Origin: a virus
DNA length: 45,154 nucleotides
IMG/VR virus record: IMGVR_UViG_3300045988_160052
Strand: one strand, 5' to 3'
This document shows, piece by piece, positions 24,346 to 33,281 of this stretch (position 1 is its first letter; every line of letters begins with the position of its first letter). The notes beneath the pieces were generated by a model. That model saw only the letters and a list, made by a program, of their open reading frames with translations, did not search any database and was not told where the DNA came from. A program made the position numbers and the translations under genes.

Positions 24346-24777
24346 ATGGATTACTTGGATAAAGCAAAAAACGACTTAGATTGTTTTCTAAGATTTAAGA
24401 AAATGATGAAAGATAAAAACATCAAGCCCGAAGATATGTTTTCTGCGCTAAAAGGAGCAATTGAGGGAAAAGCGAGTATTGTTTTTGAAGAATACAAACC
24501 GCAGATTGATGCATGGGTAGAAGATACTGTTATTGAAGTTGAAGAATTGGACAGCTATCATCGCGAATATAATCCGTATGGCGTTCCTGCCGAATATGCA
24601 GGGTGGGAAAGCGATTGGGATGAAGAAGAAGAACGCCAAGCAAAGATTAAGAAATGCGTTGGATATTTGAAAGAAGACAAGATATACGACTACATCCCCA
24701 TGGACATGGACGATGATATGTTAGAGTTAATTCATAAAATTGCGGTTAAATACTTGGAGGGTAAAATCAATGCCTAA
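24346..24777 (+). CDS. Acidic hypothetical protein (143 aa)
   Basis: D/E-rich (WESDWDEEEERQ, DMDDDMLE). First sizeable gene of the cassette. Confidence 0.6.
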   Translation: MDYLDKAKNDLDCFLRFKKMMKDKNIKPEDMFSALKGAIEGKASIVFEEYKPQIDAWVEDTVIEVEELDSYHREYNPYGVPAEYAGWESDWDEEEERQAKIKKCVGYLKEDKIYDYIPMDMDDDMLELIHKIAVKYLEGKINA

Positions 24778-24934
24778 TAAAGAACAGATAATCCACGATA
24801 TGCACATAAAGCTAGAGGTGCTGTGTGGTCTTAAAAAAATAGCAATAGAGCAACAATGCTCTGTGATGCTTAAAATTGTTGAAGAAAAAATTGAGGAATT
24901 AGAAAAAAAGATAGGGGAGCTTCAAAATGATTGA
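24770..24934 (+). CDS. Small coiled-coil protein (54 aa)
   Basis: GGAGGG RBS before the internal ATG 24770. Confidence 0.45.
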   Translation: MPNKEQIIHDMHIKLEVLCGLKKIAIEQQCSVMLKIVEEKIEELEKKIGELQND

Positions 24935-25253
24935 AGAATTATGGGCGGTTTATAAAGTTTTAAAGTGGCACAAGAAAACCTTTCCAAAGGTTACCTACGA
25001 AGAACAAACGGCCAAACGCAGAGATGAGATCCATGAATGGATCGATGCTTTTGATAAGTACACCAAGGATAAGAGAAAATCAAGAAAAAACCTTGCCGAG
25101 ATGGAGTGGGCCGATACAATCATTGCCGGAATTGGATGCCTGCGGTTCAAAAAGACTAGATCCGACATTGAGGATAAAATGTATATAAATCGCATGAGAA
25201 GTTGGTATAACAATCAGCACAAAGGGAAAAAAGATGATAAAGTCGCAAGATGA
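24927..25253 (+). CDS. Hypothetical protein, possibly MazG-like NTP pyrophosphohydrolase
   Basis: The spacing of RRDEIHEWIDA ... LAEMEWADTIIAGIG resembles the MazG EExxE...ExxD pattern. Weak by-eye call. Confidence 0.35.
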   Translation: MIEELWAVYKVLKWHKKTFPKVTYEEQTAKRRDEIHEWIDAFDKYTKDKRKSRKNLAEMEWADTIIAGIGCLRFKKTRSDIEDKMYINRMRSWYNNQHKGKKDDKVAR

Positions 25254-25458
25254 GTTAAATACATGTAACGATGGCAAGCGCAAGAGCGATGTTCTTATAG
25301 CAACGATTGAAAAATGCGAAAAGCTGGAAAAGCAGCTTAAAATTGCAATTTTAGCTTTGGAATATATAAAAAAATTGCCTGTTAGAGTATGTTGCGACAA
25401 TACGGCAGAACAGGCATTAAAAGAAATTGAGGCGGTTAACGATGAAAAAAGCATATAA
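25234..25458 (+). CDS. Small hypothetical protein (74 aa)
   Basis: Tightly overlapped with its neighbours. Confidence 0.45.
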   Translation: MIKSQDELNTCNDGKRKSDVLIATIEKCEKLEKQLKIAILALEYIKKLPVRVCCDNTAEQALKEIEAVNDEKSI

Positions 25459-25786
25459 TCAATATATAACAGAGGATTTTCTGAAAAGCAGAGAAAACGT
25501 TGATAAACCTATACAAAAATGGATTCTGTTCTGCCGGTATTTTATGGGTAAAGGTTATAAAATCCGGCCGTATGAGGCCAGAAAAACCGTCAGCAAATAT
25601 ATTACTTTGATTAAGGACGGAAAGAGCTGCAAAGTTAGATTTTCAAACCATCGGCCTATTCGAGAACGAGAAAAGAATAAAGACTGTGATTTTTTCGTAG
25701 GCGTTACGAATTTTCAAGTTATTACTGCGCACGATGTCGCTTTGCAGGTTTTAAAGTTTTTCAACGATAATGGAGCTAAAGAATGA
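25442..25786 (+). CDS. Hypothetical protein (114 aa)
   Basis: GAGGCGG RBS before ATG 25442. Contains a KVRFSNHRP motif that I cannot assign to a family. Confidence 0.5.
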   Translation: MKKAYNQYITEDFLKSRENVDKPIQKWILFCRYFMGKGYKIRPYEARKTVSKYITLIKDGKSCKVRFSNHRPIREREKNKDCDFFVGVTNFQVITAHDVALQVLKFFNDNGAKE

Positions 25787-26100
25787 GTAACATCTTAAAA
25801 CTTGTCTTAACCGACCATTGGTTTGAAGAAATAAAGTCGGGCAGAAAAACGCACGAATACCGGATGGCAACGATATATTGGAAAAAGAGATTGATGAATA
25901 TCAATCATATAAACGAAAAAATTAATGGATATAGTTTTAAACCATATACTTTTGTAGAATTTCAAAAGGCATACCGAAAGAATCCGGAGCGTATGACTTT
26001 TACTATAAAGAAAATTGATTGGTTGCCTTGGGGCTTAAAAACTGACTTGCATTGTAATGAGCCTGTTTTTGATATTGAGCTTGGGGAGCGTTTAAGATGA
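25783..26100 (+). CDS. ASCH (PUA-like) domain protein
   Basis: LVLTDHWFEEIKSGRKTHEYR fits the ASCH N-terminal pattern. Confidence 0.5.
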   Translation: MSNILKLVLTDHWFEEIKSGRKTHEYRMATIYWKKRLMNINHINEKINGYSFKPYTFVEFQKAYRKNPERMTFTIKKIDWLPWGLKTDLHCNEPVFDIELGERLR

Positions 26101-26459
26101 AAGCAGTAAGTGAAGAATTGGAAAAATTTAGAAATAAAAAAATTGAATTATTATTGCATGGATGCAATGGCGACCAATATAACGGAATATTTAACATACC
26201 TCTCCCAAACGGAGAAGTGGCCGGAGTGGTAATTTCAAATGGCGATGGGTGGGAACACGTGAGCGTTTCTTTGAAAGGCCGTTGCCCAAGGTGGCAAGAA
26301 ATGTGTTATATTAAAAGCCTTTTCTGGGAAGATGAAGAAGTTGTCGTCCAATACCACCCAAAGAAAAGCGAATACGTCAATTTGCACTCTTATTGCTTGC
26401 ATTTATGGAAGCCGATAGGAATTGATTTGCCAACACCACCAAAAGAAATGGTTGGATAA
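26097..26459 (+). CDS. Conserved phage protein of unknown function
   Basis: The GWEHVSVSL...RCPRWQEMCYIKSLFW...QYHP...LHLWKP block recurs in phage hypothetical proteins, as far as I recall. Confidence 0.55.
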   Translation: MKAVSEELEKFRNKKIELLLHGCNGDQYNGIFNIPLPNGEVAGVVISNGDGWEHVSVSLKGRCPRWQEMCYIKSLFWEDEEVVVQYHPKKSEYVNLHSYCLHLWKPIGIDLPTPPKEMVG

Positions 26460-26475
26460 TAAAATGAGGTTAAAA

Positions 26476-26766
26476 ATGAAAGAAAAGATTGAAAAGATTT
26501 TACGCTGGCTACACTGGCACGCACCCATAATAACCACAAGGAAAAGTCTAAATGCATTTGAAAATAGTTGTATGTGGCTATCAGAAAGAGATAAGTTATT
26601 TTTTAGAAAATCTGTTGCCGATACGGCAATTTCTAGTCTTCAAGAACTCCGCAATAACACTTGGGATAAAGACCGGGTGGATGCTTTGATTGAGTTCTTA
26701 GAAACAGGGAAAAAAACTTATAACATAAAAAGCGTAGAATTTGAAATAAAGGTGCAAGATGATTGA
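26476..26766 (+). CDS. Hypothetical protein (96 aa; alternative start 26464)
   Basis: GAGG RBS before ATG 26476. Confidence 0.5.
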   Translation: MKEKIEKILRWLHWHAPIITTRKSLNAFENSCMWLSERDKLFFRKSVADTAISSLQELRNNTWDKDRVDALIEFLETGKKTYNIKSVEFEIKVQDD

Positions 26767-27211
26767 AGAACAAAACTACTTGGATGAAAACGGAAATCCG
26801 CCTATTGTAAAAGAAGATGATACCGGAATACGTCCGGCAGGAAAGCCTGATGAGTGCTTTTATTGCCATAGCAAAGTGGGAGAACCGCACAAATATGATT
26901 GCGTTACTGTTGTTAAAAAAGTAAAAATGCGAGCCACCATTGAATACGAAACCGAAGTACCAGTCCATTGGGATAAAGAAATGATTGAATTTAAGTATAA
27001 TGAGGGATGCTGGTGTGCCGATAACATTGTTGACGAATTAAAATCGTATGTTGATTATTTGAACAAAAACGGCGGTTGTCTTTGCAACCAATGCAAAATT
27101 GAGTTAATTGAAGACGAAGACGAAGATGTGAAACCTAACAAAGCCGAAACGGAAGAACAAAAGAATTTTGACCGATTATTTTTTAGCGTACCATATAGGG
27201 GCATTGAATAA
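26759..27211 (+). CDS. Cys-rich hypothetical protein (150 aa)
   Basis: CFYCH...C, CWC and CLCNQC clusters. Acidic tail. Confidence 0.55.
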   Translation: MIEEQNYLDENGNPPIVKEDDTGIRPAGKPDECFYCHSKVGEPHKYDCVTVVKKVKMRATIEYETEVPVHWDKEMIEFKYNEGCWCADNIVDELKSYVDYLNKNGGCLCNQCKIELIEDEDEDVKPNKAETEEQKNFDRLFFSVPYRGIE

Positions 27212-27234
27212 TAACCCCACCACAAACCCACAAA

Positions 27235-27274
27235 AACACCCCTTGTTGACAATTGTCGGCTTGGGGTGTTAATC
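27235..27274 (+). promoter_or_regulatory. Promoter-like element with nested palindromes, upstream of the capsid operon
   Basis: TTGACA lies at 27246..27251. It sits inside the 8-bp inverted repeat AACACCCC/GGGGTGTT and overlaps the 10-bp palindrome GACAATTGTC (27248..27257). The -10 is weak (TTAATC). Confidence 0.45.
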
Positions 27275-27305
27275 TATGTGCAGAAACAAAAAAGGGATTA
27301 AACAA

Positions 27306-28496
27306 ATGCTACAAGTTTCAAACAAAATAAGAATGTCTATCGGCAACAAATGGCGAATTGATGATGACGGCATAATGACCGTTAGAGCCAGGGTGTTAAA
27401 AGAGGGAGTATATCCCTATTATGCCAGTGAGCTAAAGGACCTGAATATTCCGGGCGACAGAGTAGATGTTCTTATTCCGGCAAGCGAATTCACCCCCGAA
27501 GCGTTAAAAACCGGCGAGGGTAAGCCCGTAGTCATTGATGAACATGAATGGCGAACTGTTGATAATGCCTTAACAGACGGCTATACCAAAGGCTCTGTTG
27601 CCGGAGAAATGACAGTAGAAGACAAAGGCATTTTGTGCGACCTTACAATCTTGGATGCACAAACCATTGAAGAAATCAAGAGCGGCATCTTGGTAGAGAT
27701 TTCTGCCGGATATCGAGCTGATTTTGAAAAAGAAGAGGGCGAACTAAACGGTCAGCCGTATTCTTATGTTCAAAAAAACATCGTGTTCAATCACATTTTG
27801 CTTTGTCGCAAAGGCGAGGGCAGATGTGGGGCAGATGTTAAAGTTATCAACAAAAAAACAGGAGAAAATAAAATGTCTTATACAATTCGCATGAAAATTG
27901 GCAATAAAGACAAAGAGATGGAGTTTTCTTCCAAAGAAGATGCCGACAAGGCTCAAGAAATGGCAAACGAAGCCAGCGAGGCAAAACAAGCTGACATTGA
28001 CAAAGCCGTTGAGGAAGTAACTTCATTGAAAGAACAGGTTGCCGCTTTGAACGCTGACTTGGAAGAAAAGAAATCTTCCATTGAGGAATACAAAGAAAAA
28101 CTTGAAAATGCTTTGTCTGAAGAAGCACAGGAAGAAATTGCCGAAGACTTAATCGCTCAGAAAGAGGCTGAGGAAGCTGTCGTTGAGGAAGAAGTTGACG
28201 ACAAAGACAAAGAGGAAGTTAAAAACTCTTTGAAAGCTCTGAAGCGCTCTGAGCGTGCCATGTTCTTGGCTGCCCATGTTATGAACAAGCGTGGCTTGGA
28301 CATTAAAGAATGGGATGACAATTCTAAAATTGCATCTTTCATGACCATTGCCGCTGAAGCAAAACAGAAAGTGCAAAACAAAAAAGCATTGAGCAACAAC
28401 CCCGGCAACGTTAATGGTGCCAAAGTTGTGAACTCAAAAACCGGAAACAACGGGATGTCTGCAAAAGACCGTATGTTTTCTTGGAAACACAAATAA
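27306..28496 (+). CDS. Prohead protease/scaffold-like protein (DUF2213-like N-terminus, acidic coiled-coil C-terminus)
   Basis: Position upstream of the capsid gene. The C-terminal half is E/K/A-rich coiled-coil (EEAQEEIAEDLIAQKEAEEAVVEEEVDDKDKEE). Confidence 0.55.
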   Translation: MLQVSNKIRMSIGNKWRIDDDGIMTVRARVLKEGVYPYYASELKDLNIPGDRVDVLIPASEFTPEALKTGEGKPVVIDEHEWRTVDNALTDGYTKGSVAGEMTVEDKGILCDLTILDAQTIEEIKSGILVEISAGYRADFEKEEGELNGQPYSYVQKNIVFNHILLCRKGEGRCGADVKVINKKTGENKMSYTIRMKIGNKDKEMEFSSKEDADKAQEMANEASEAKQADIDKAVEEVTSLKEQVAALNADLEEKKSSIEEYKEKLENALSEEAQEEIAEDLIAQKEAEEAVVEEEVDDKDKEEVKNSLKALKRSERAMFLAAHVMNKRGLDIKEWDDNSKIASFMTIAAEAKQKVQNKKALSNNPGNVNGAKVVNSKTGNNGMSAKDRMFSWKHK

Positions 28497-28514
28497 CAAG
28501 TAGGAGAAACAAAC

Positions 28515-29075
28515 ATGTCTAGAGGTGTTTATATGGGTACCGCTTTTGGAGCAATCCAAAACGCAGTATTCGACCAGCCGGCGGCAGGTGTACATGGCGG
28601 ACTTTATGCAGCCAGCGACATTAATCTTTGCGATGCCATCTCAGTTGGCGAAGCAAACGGCATTGATGTCGGTCTGGGTGTTGTCGCAAGTGCTATCGCA
28701 TCCGCCAAAATTTCCGGCATTAACGATTTGGAAGCTAAATTGCCGGCAGCCGCTGATGCCGCTGCAATCTATGGCTTTGTAATCAGAACACAGGCAGGAT
28801 GCACCGATGCATCCGGCAAAAACTATGTTCCGGAAAAACGTCAGGCCACTGTCTTGAGATATGACAGAGTTGGCGGCCGTTTCTGGTACAAAATGCCGGC
28901 CGCATTTACCCCGACTTCAACGGTTTACATCGCTTATACCGATGATGCCGCAGCCGGTGGCAAAGGTCATTTGACTGTTACCGCTGAGGATTCTAAAAAC
29001 TTTGAATTAACCAAGCTGAAAATCCGCAACTCAGGTTCTAAGGATGATTTGGCTTTAATCGAAATCGTAGCGTAG
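28515..29075 (+). CDS. Head structural protein (decoration/cement-like), Ala/Gly-rich
   Basis: AGGAGA RBS. Lies between the scaffold and major capsid genes. Confidence 0.5.
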   Translation: MSRGVYMGTAFGAIQNAVFDQPAAGVHGGLYAASDINLCDAISVGEANGIDVGLGVVASAIASAKISGINDLEAKLPAAADAAAIYGFVIRTQAGCTDASGKNYVPEKRQATVLRYDRVGGRFWYKMPAAFTPTSTVYIAYTDDAAAGGKGHLTVTAEDSKNFELTKLKIRNSGSKDDLALIEIVA

Positions 29076-29088
29076 GGGAGAATAAAAC

Positions 29089-30072
29089 ATGTCTAAAGGT
29101 TCTTTCACATACGGCGGACAAGCAAACGTAAATATGCAGGAAATCGCATTCAGCATCTATACCGCTGTTGATTCTGCGTTTTATGATGTCGAATATCCGG
29201 AGCATGACTGGTATAAAGTCGTAAAAGAAGATCAGGTGCTTTCTGATATTAACGCCGGTGCAACTCAGTATGCATTCATCAGCCGTGACCGCCAGGGTGC
29301 CGCCGCATTCAGAGGCCAGGCTGAAAACAACAACATCCCGATGGTAAGCCAGACGGCCGGTTCGTCCACTGTTCCGTTGTGTGCGTCTAATGTCGGGGCA
29401 AAAATCGACAACGAAGACGCTCGCCAGTATCAGATGGGCTTTAACGGAAACTTGGCTCAGGATTTGGGCGAATGTATGCGTTTTGCTTGCGATAACTTGG
29501 TTGAACGCACCGTATTCTTCGGTGACGATTCCGTTGGTTTCAAAGGCTTCATGAACTTCCCCGGTGTAACTGTATCACCCGCTTCAACTGCGGCCGCCGG
29601 TGGAACAGAATGGAGCAAGAAAACCGCTGCCGAAATGGTAAAAGATATCAATGACGGCTTGGCGGCTGTATGGACCAACTCCAGAGGCGTGTTCCTGCCC
29701 AACACGGTATTCTTGCCGTTAGAGCAGTTCAACCTCTTGGCGACCACTCCGTACACCTTGGGAGCTTCTGCCGCTGTGTTCCAATCTGCTTTGGATTATG
29801 TGAAGAAATACAACATCTACACAAATCAGCGCGGAAAAGAACTCGAAATCATTCCTATCCGTTACCTGAAGAACGCAAACGCTTCCGACGACAAAGGCCG
29901 TATGATTTTGCAGGACAGAAGCAAACGCAATCAGGCTTTGCCGTTCCCGATGGGCTACACCTTGCAGGCACCAGTTCCGGTTCCGCTGGGCGCAGAGTTC
30001 TATTCGGAACAGAAGCATGGTTCTTATGTAATCCGTCAGCCGTTGTCTACATTATATGTAGATGGCATCTAA
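29089..30072 (+). CDS. Major capsid protein (DUF2184-like, HK97-fold class)
   Basis: 327 aa with a strong GGGGAGA RBS, following the scaffold/decoration genes. Its codon usage looks highly expressed. Confidence 0.65.
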   Translation: MSKGSFTYGGQANVNMQEIAFSIYTAVDSAFYDVEYPEHDWYKVVKEDQVLSDINAGATQYAFISRDRQGAAAFRGQAENNNIPMVSQTAGSSTVPLCASNVGAKIDNEDARQYQMGFNGNLAQDLGECMRFACDNLVERTVFFGDDSVGFKGFMNFPGVTVSPASTAAAGGTEWSKKTAAEMVKDINDGLAAVWTNSRGVFLPNTVFLPLEQFNLLATTPYTLGASAAVFQSALDYVKKYNIYTNQRGKELEIIPIRYLKNANASDDKGRMILQDRSKRNQALPFPMGYTLQAPVPVPLGAEFYSEQKHGSYVIRQPLSTLYVDGI

Positions 30073-30100
30073 TAAATTAATTCAATGGGGAGATACCAAT

Positions 30101-30526
30101 ATGGCTTTTCAAAAAAAACAAAATAACGGAGCCGCCGCACCAAAAGCGGCTCCCGCAAACCAAACCGCAAAGAACATTGTCGCAGCAACCGGCACTGTGG
30201 TTTTGACCAACACAACCACAAACCCGATGCTCTTAAACGAGGGTGCTCATAAAATTATGATTTATCCGAAAGAATTAAAATCTGTGGATAAAACTGTTTT
30301 TCAAGCATTGCAGAAAAACGACATGATTAAAATATGGCTTGATAAAGGGCTTTTGCGGTGTAATTACCAAGCAGATGCACAAGAGGAAGCGAGCAGAGAA
30401 ATCTCCGTTACCCCGGATAATGCGCCGGCCGAATTAACAAATCCGGTTGAAAAGCATGAAGACGGTCGCTCTGTATCTGCGGAAGTAACCAAGAAAGAAG
30501 CCGCCGGTTCAATTACATTGGATTAA
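30101..30526 (+). CDS. Hypothetical head-associated protein (141 aa)
   Basis: Internal ATG 30101 preceded by GGGGAGA. Confidence 0.5.
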   Translation: MAFQKKQNNGAAAPKAAPANQTAKNIVAATGTVVLTNTTTNPMLLNEGAHKIMIYPKELKSVDKTVFQALQKNDMIKIWLDKGLLRCNYQADAQEEASREISVTPDNAPAELTNPVEKHEDGRSVSAEVTKKEAAGSITLD

Positions 30527-30551
30527 TTAACCAAAAGTAGGAAGCAAGAAC

Positions 30552-30977
30552 ATGAGTTTTGATTATGCACAATTTATTGCCGTATATCCCGAGTTTTCCG
30601 ACATTCCGCAGGCAACTGTTGAATTTAAGGGAAATCTGGGCGACAAAATCCTGAGCGATACATCTTGGGGCGATGTGCGTGATGAAGCTCTGTTCTTGTG
30701 GACTGCTCACCGCCTTGCTTTGGAATATAACATTGCCAAGGCTCTAAAAACCAACAAAAAGAATTCTATCAACCCTGGCTTGGTTAGCTCGCAAAGTGCA
30801 AGCAATGCCAGCCTATCAAATTCATATAGCCACAGTGCGATGGTTTCATCTGACAACCCGATGGAAGCCGATTATTCACGCACAACCTACGGCTTGGAGT
30901 TTTTATCATTAATGAACATGGTAATGCCGGCCGGCTATGTTGTGATAAGTGGCGAAAATTACTGTTGCCGAGGATAA
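30552..30977 (+). CDS. Head-tail connector protein (DUF4054-like)
   Basis: FIAVYPEFSDIP...EALFLWTAHRLAL resembles the DUF4054 pattern. Confidence 0.55.
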   Translation: MSFDYAQFIAVYPEFSDIPQATVEFKGNLGDKILSDTSWGDVRDEALFLWTAHRLALEYNIAKALKTNKKNSINPGLVSSQSASNASLSNSYSHSAMVSSDNPMEADYSRTTYGLEFLSLMNMVMPAGYVVISGENYCCRG

Positions 30978-30978
30978 A

Positions 30979-31524
30979 ATGGCAGCTGTTTCTATGTCGG
31001 CAAAAATAAACAAAGAAAACAATCCCGATTGGCTTGATAAGGTCATGGCCAAAGCGGTAAAACTTACCGAGATAGAAGCAGCTGCCGGATTTCCGAAAGG
31101 CGATAAAAACCTAAACACGCCACACTATGACAACGGGGCCAGTATCATAGACGTGGCAATCTGGAATAATTATGGAACATATAATTCACCTGCTCGTGAT
31201 TTTATGACACCATCAGGAAAAAAAGCCAAGGAGCGATGGAACAAAATCGCTTCTGACCTTTATAATGAGGTTGTCAACGGAAAAATGGACGCTGTGGAAG
31301 CGTTAGAAAATGCCGGACAGATTGGAGCAACCGAGATAAAAAAAGCGATTGTTGACCTAAAAACACCGGCAAACGCACCCATAACCATCAATGGCGGATG
31401 GATGCACAACAAAAAAAGCGGTAAATTGTTCAAGGTTGAGGGCAAAAAGAGCAACAATCCGCTTGTGGATACCGGAGCAATGGCCAACGCAGCAACCTAC
31501 GTTGTCCGCAAAAAGAAAAAATAG
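30979..31524 (+). CDS. Head/neck completion protein (HK97 gp10 / virion-morphogenesis-like)
   Basis: GAGGA RBS before ATG 30979. Contains ...SPARDFM... and ...NPLVDTGAMANAATYVV motifs. Confidence 0.5.
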   Translation: MAAVSMSAKINKENNPDWLDKVMAKAVKLTEIEAAAGFPKGDKNLNTPHYDNGASIIDVAIWNNYGTYNSPARDFMTPSGKKAKERWNKIASDLYNEVVNGKMDAVEALENAGQIGATEIKKAIVDLKTPANAPITINGGWMHNKKSGKLFKVEGKKSNNPLVDTGAMANAATYVVRKKKK

Positions 31525-31586
31525 TCCTTTTGACTTTGTATTTTTTGTGGGGTAAACTTGAGAAAAACATTTATGGGAGAAATAAA

Positions 31587-31784
31587 ATGAGAGATTTTAG
31601 TAAGAGCTTGAGAGTTGGGAATAGAAAATGGTACATTGAAGCCGGAGGAACCGGCAAGCCATATTCAACAATTCTTGAATCTGTAGATGCAGATAATGAA
31701 CAAGAGGCAAAGAGAAAAGCAATAGAAAAACTTAAAAACGATAGAAATTGGAATGGCGAGATTAGAAAAATTAAACCTATGTAG
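31587..31784 (+). CDS. MRDFSK-family small protein, paralog 1 (65 aa)
   Basis: GGGAGA RBS. N-terminus MRDFSKSLRVGN. Confidence 0.6.
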   Translation: MRDFSKSLRVGNRKWYIEAGGTGKPYSTILESVDADNEQEAKRKAIEKLKNDRNWNGEIRKIKPM

Positions 31785-31790
31785 GAGCCA

Positions 31791-32033
31791 ATGATGCGTG
31801 ATTTTAGCAAAAGTTTAATGGTGGGTAATGCTACTGGATATATTCAAACCAGAGAGGGAGCAACGCTGTCACAAATTGAGTTAAATAGTGGCAGTTGGTG
31901 TTATTATATATCTAAAAATGGAACAAAATATGCAGTTCATAATGTGAATGGAAGATTAAGAGCATTTAAATCCCCAGGGGGGCAAGAAGTATCTTTGCTA
32001 CCTGATATGAGAAGCAAAATAAGGGCAAAATAA
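31791..32033 (+). CDS. MRDFSK-family small protein, paralog 2 (80 aa)
   Basis: AGGAG RBS. N-terminus MMRDFSKSLMVGN. Confidence 0.6.
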   Translation: MMRDFSKSLMVGNATGYIQTREGATLSQIELNSGSWCYYISKNGTKYAVHNVNGRLRAFKSPGGQEVSLLPDMRSKIRAK

Positions 32034-32281
32034 TGATGCGTGATTTCTCAAAAACAATTCGGGTAAAAAACTCCATGAAAGGCATAGACGGCGTGCATTT
32101 AGACGTGCCGTTGTTCATCCGCCTTTTAGAGTTTGCCAGAGAAGAAGCCAAAGATGACGTTGATTTGCACGTCATAACCGAAAATATCAACAGAATTTTG
32201 CAAGGCTATGAGGAGAGCGGAGAGCCACACTCATTTTTGACCATGCAAGACTATGATGCCATCATTGAGGGATTAAAATAA
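32033..32281 (+). CDS. MRDFSK-family small protein, paralog 3 (82 aa)
   Basis: Start overlaps the upstream stop (TAATGATG). N-terminus MMRDFSKTIRVKN. Confidence 0.6.
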   Translation: MMRDFSKTIRVKNSMKGIDGVHLDVPLFIRLLEFAREEAKDDVDLHVITENINRILQGYEESGEPHSFLTMQDYDAIIEGLK

Positions 32282-32283
32282 CC

Positions 32284-32688
32284 ATGTCGATACTTCCTTT
32301 TGATTTTAGCCAAACGTTAGCAGAATTTGCTTGTCCGGAGAGCTTTACCGCTTATGAAATGGTGGGGCAATATGTCCGGGGCGAATGGGTTATGACAAAG
32401 GAAAACGAACGCACCATTGATGAAGCCATTTTGCTTGATGTGGAAGAAGAAATCCTTGAAATCTTATCTGAGGGCAATTTGGTAGACGAAGCATATAGCA
32501 TTATGTTTGCCAAAGACTATGATGAGTTCTTCATCATGGATCAGAACAACGCCAATATTGAAAACAAGCAGACATACCTTGTTATTGACGGCAAAGAGTT
32601 TATTGTAAAAAGAAACCCGAAAACCGCCAAAAATTCAAACTTCCGCAGCTATTATGCAATCAAGTATAAGGACATCGGCAATGGTTAA
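32284..32688 (+). CDS. Hypothetical neck/tail-completion protein (134 aa)
   Basis: Called on position only. Confidence 0.5.
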   Translation: MSILPFDFSQTLAEFACPESFTAYEMVGQYVRGEWVMTKENERTIDEAILLDVEEEILEILSEGNLVDEAYSIMFAKDYDEFFIMDQNNANIENKQTYLVIDGKEFIVKRNPKTAKNSNFRSYYAIKYKDIGNG

Positions 32689-33280
32689 AACAGTAACAAC
32701 AGAGGAAGCAAAAGAGCTTATTCGGGCGGCGGTTAAACTTGCCACCGGATGGGAAACAATTTTATGGCCATCGCAAGGGCCACAACCGGCAAATCAATAT
32801 TGCACCGTTAGATTAAAAGATGATGAACCATATCAATACGACATCAGCGAAGAAAATATAGACGTTGATGACAATATGCTTTATAACGAAATTCAAGAAA
32901 CCATTATGGAGTTTGAAATTCAGGCATATGGCAAAGGGGCTATGGACAAACTCAAATTATTTATTGCCAAGCTAAAACATGATGAGCGTTTTTATGGTGC
33001 GATAAATGATCCAGATATTGAGCAAAAATTTAAAAACGCCCCTTTGTGGGAATATATGGGGTTGGGCGGCCATGATAGCGTGCAAGATATATCCACGCCG
33101 TTTATGGGAGCGACACAACCAAGGGCAACCGTTACCGTTTATATGAATGCCCTTTGGCAAGACAAGCAACCTATATCAGAAGTAGACAGTTTTGATAAGG
33201 TTGACATAACCGTGGAAAGCAGGAATAATGATGATAGATTTTTGCTTGAAATTAACAAAAACAAAGTAGTAGGAGAATAA
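32681..33280 (+). CDS. Putative tail terminator / neck protein
   Basis: Internal ATG 32681. Lies immediately upstream of the sheath gene. Confidence 0.45.
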   Translation: MVKTVTTEEAKELIRAAVKLATGWETILWPSQGPQPANQYCTVRLKDDEPYQYDISEENIDVDDNMLYNEIQETIMEFEIQAYGKGAMDKLKLFIAKLKHDERFYGAINDPDIEQKFKNAPLWEYMGLGGHDSVQDISTPFMGATQPRATVTVYMNALWQDKQPISEVDSFDKVDITVESRNNDDRFLLEINKNKVVGE

Positions 33281-33281
33281 G

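Noticed and set aside
28525-30080. Alternative-frame + strand ORFs (28525..28782, 29670..30080; also 4194..4430, 12868..13110, 21871..22056, 22972..23166, 34132..34716, 38690..38878, 42178..42438).
   Set aside because: They overlap motif-bearing or strongly RBS-led genes in another frame, lack RBSs, and have R/Q/C/H-rich compositions typical of off-frame translation.
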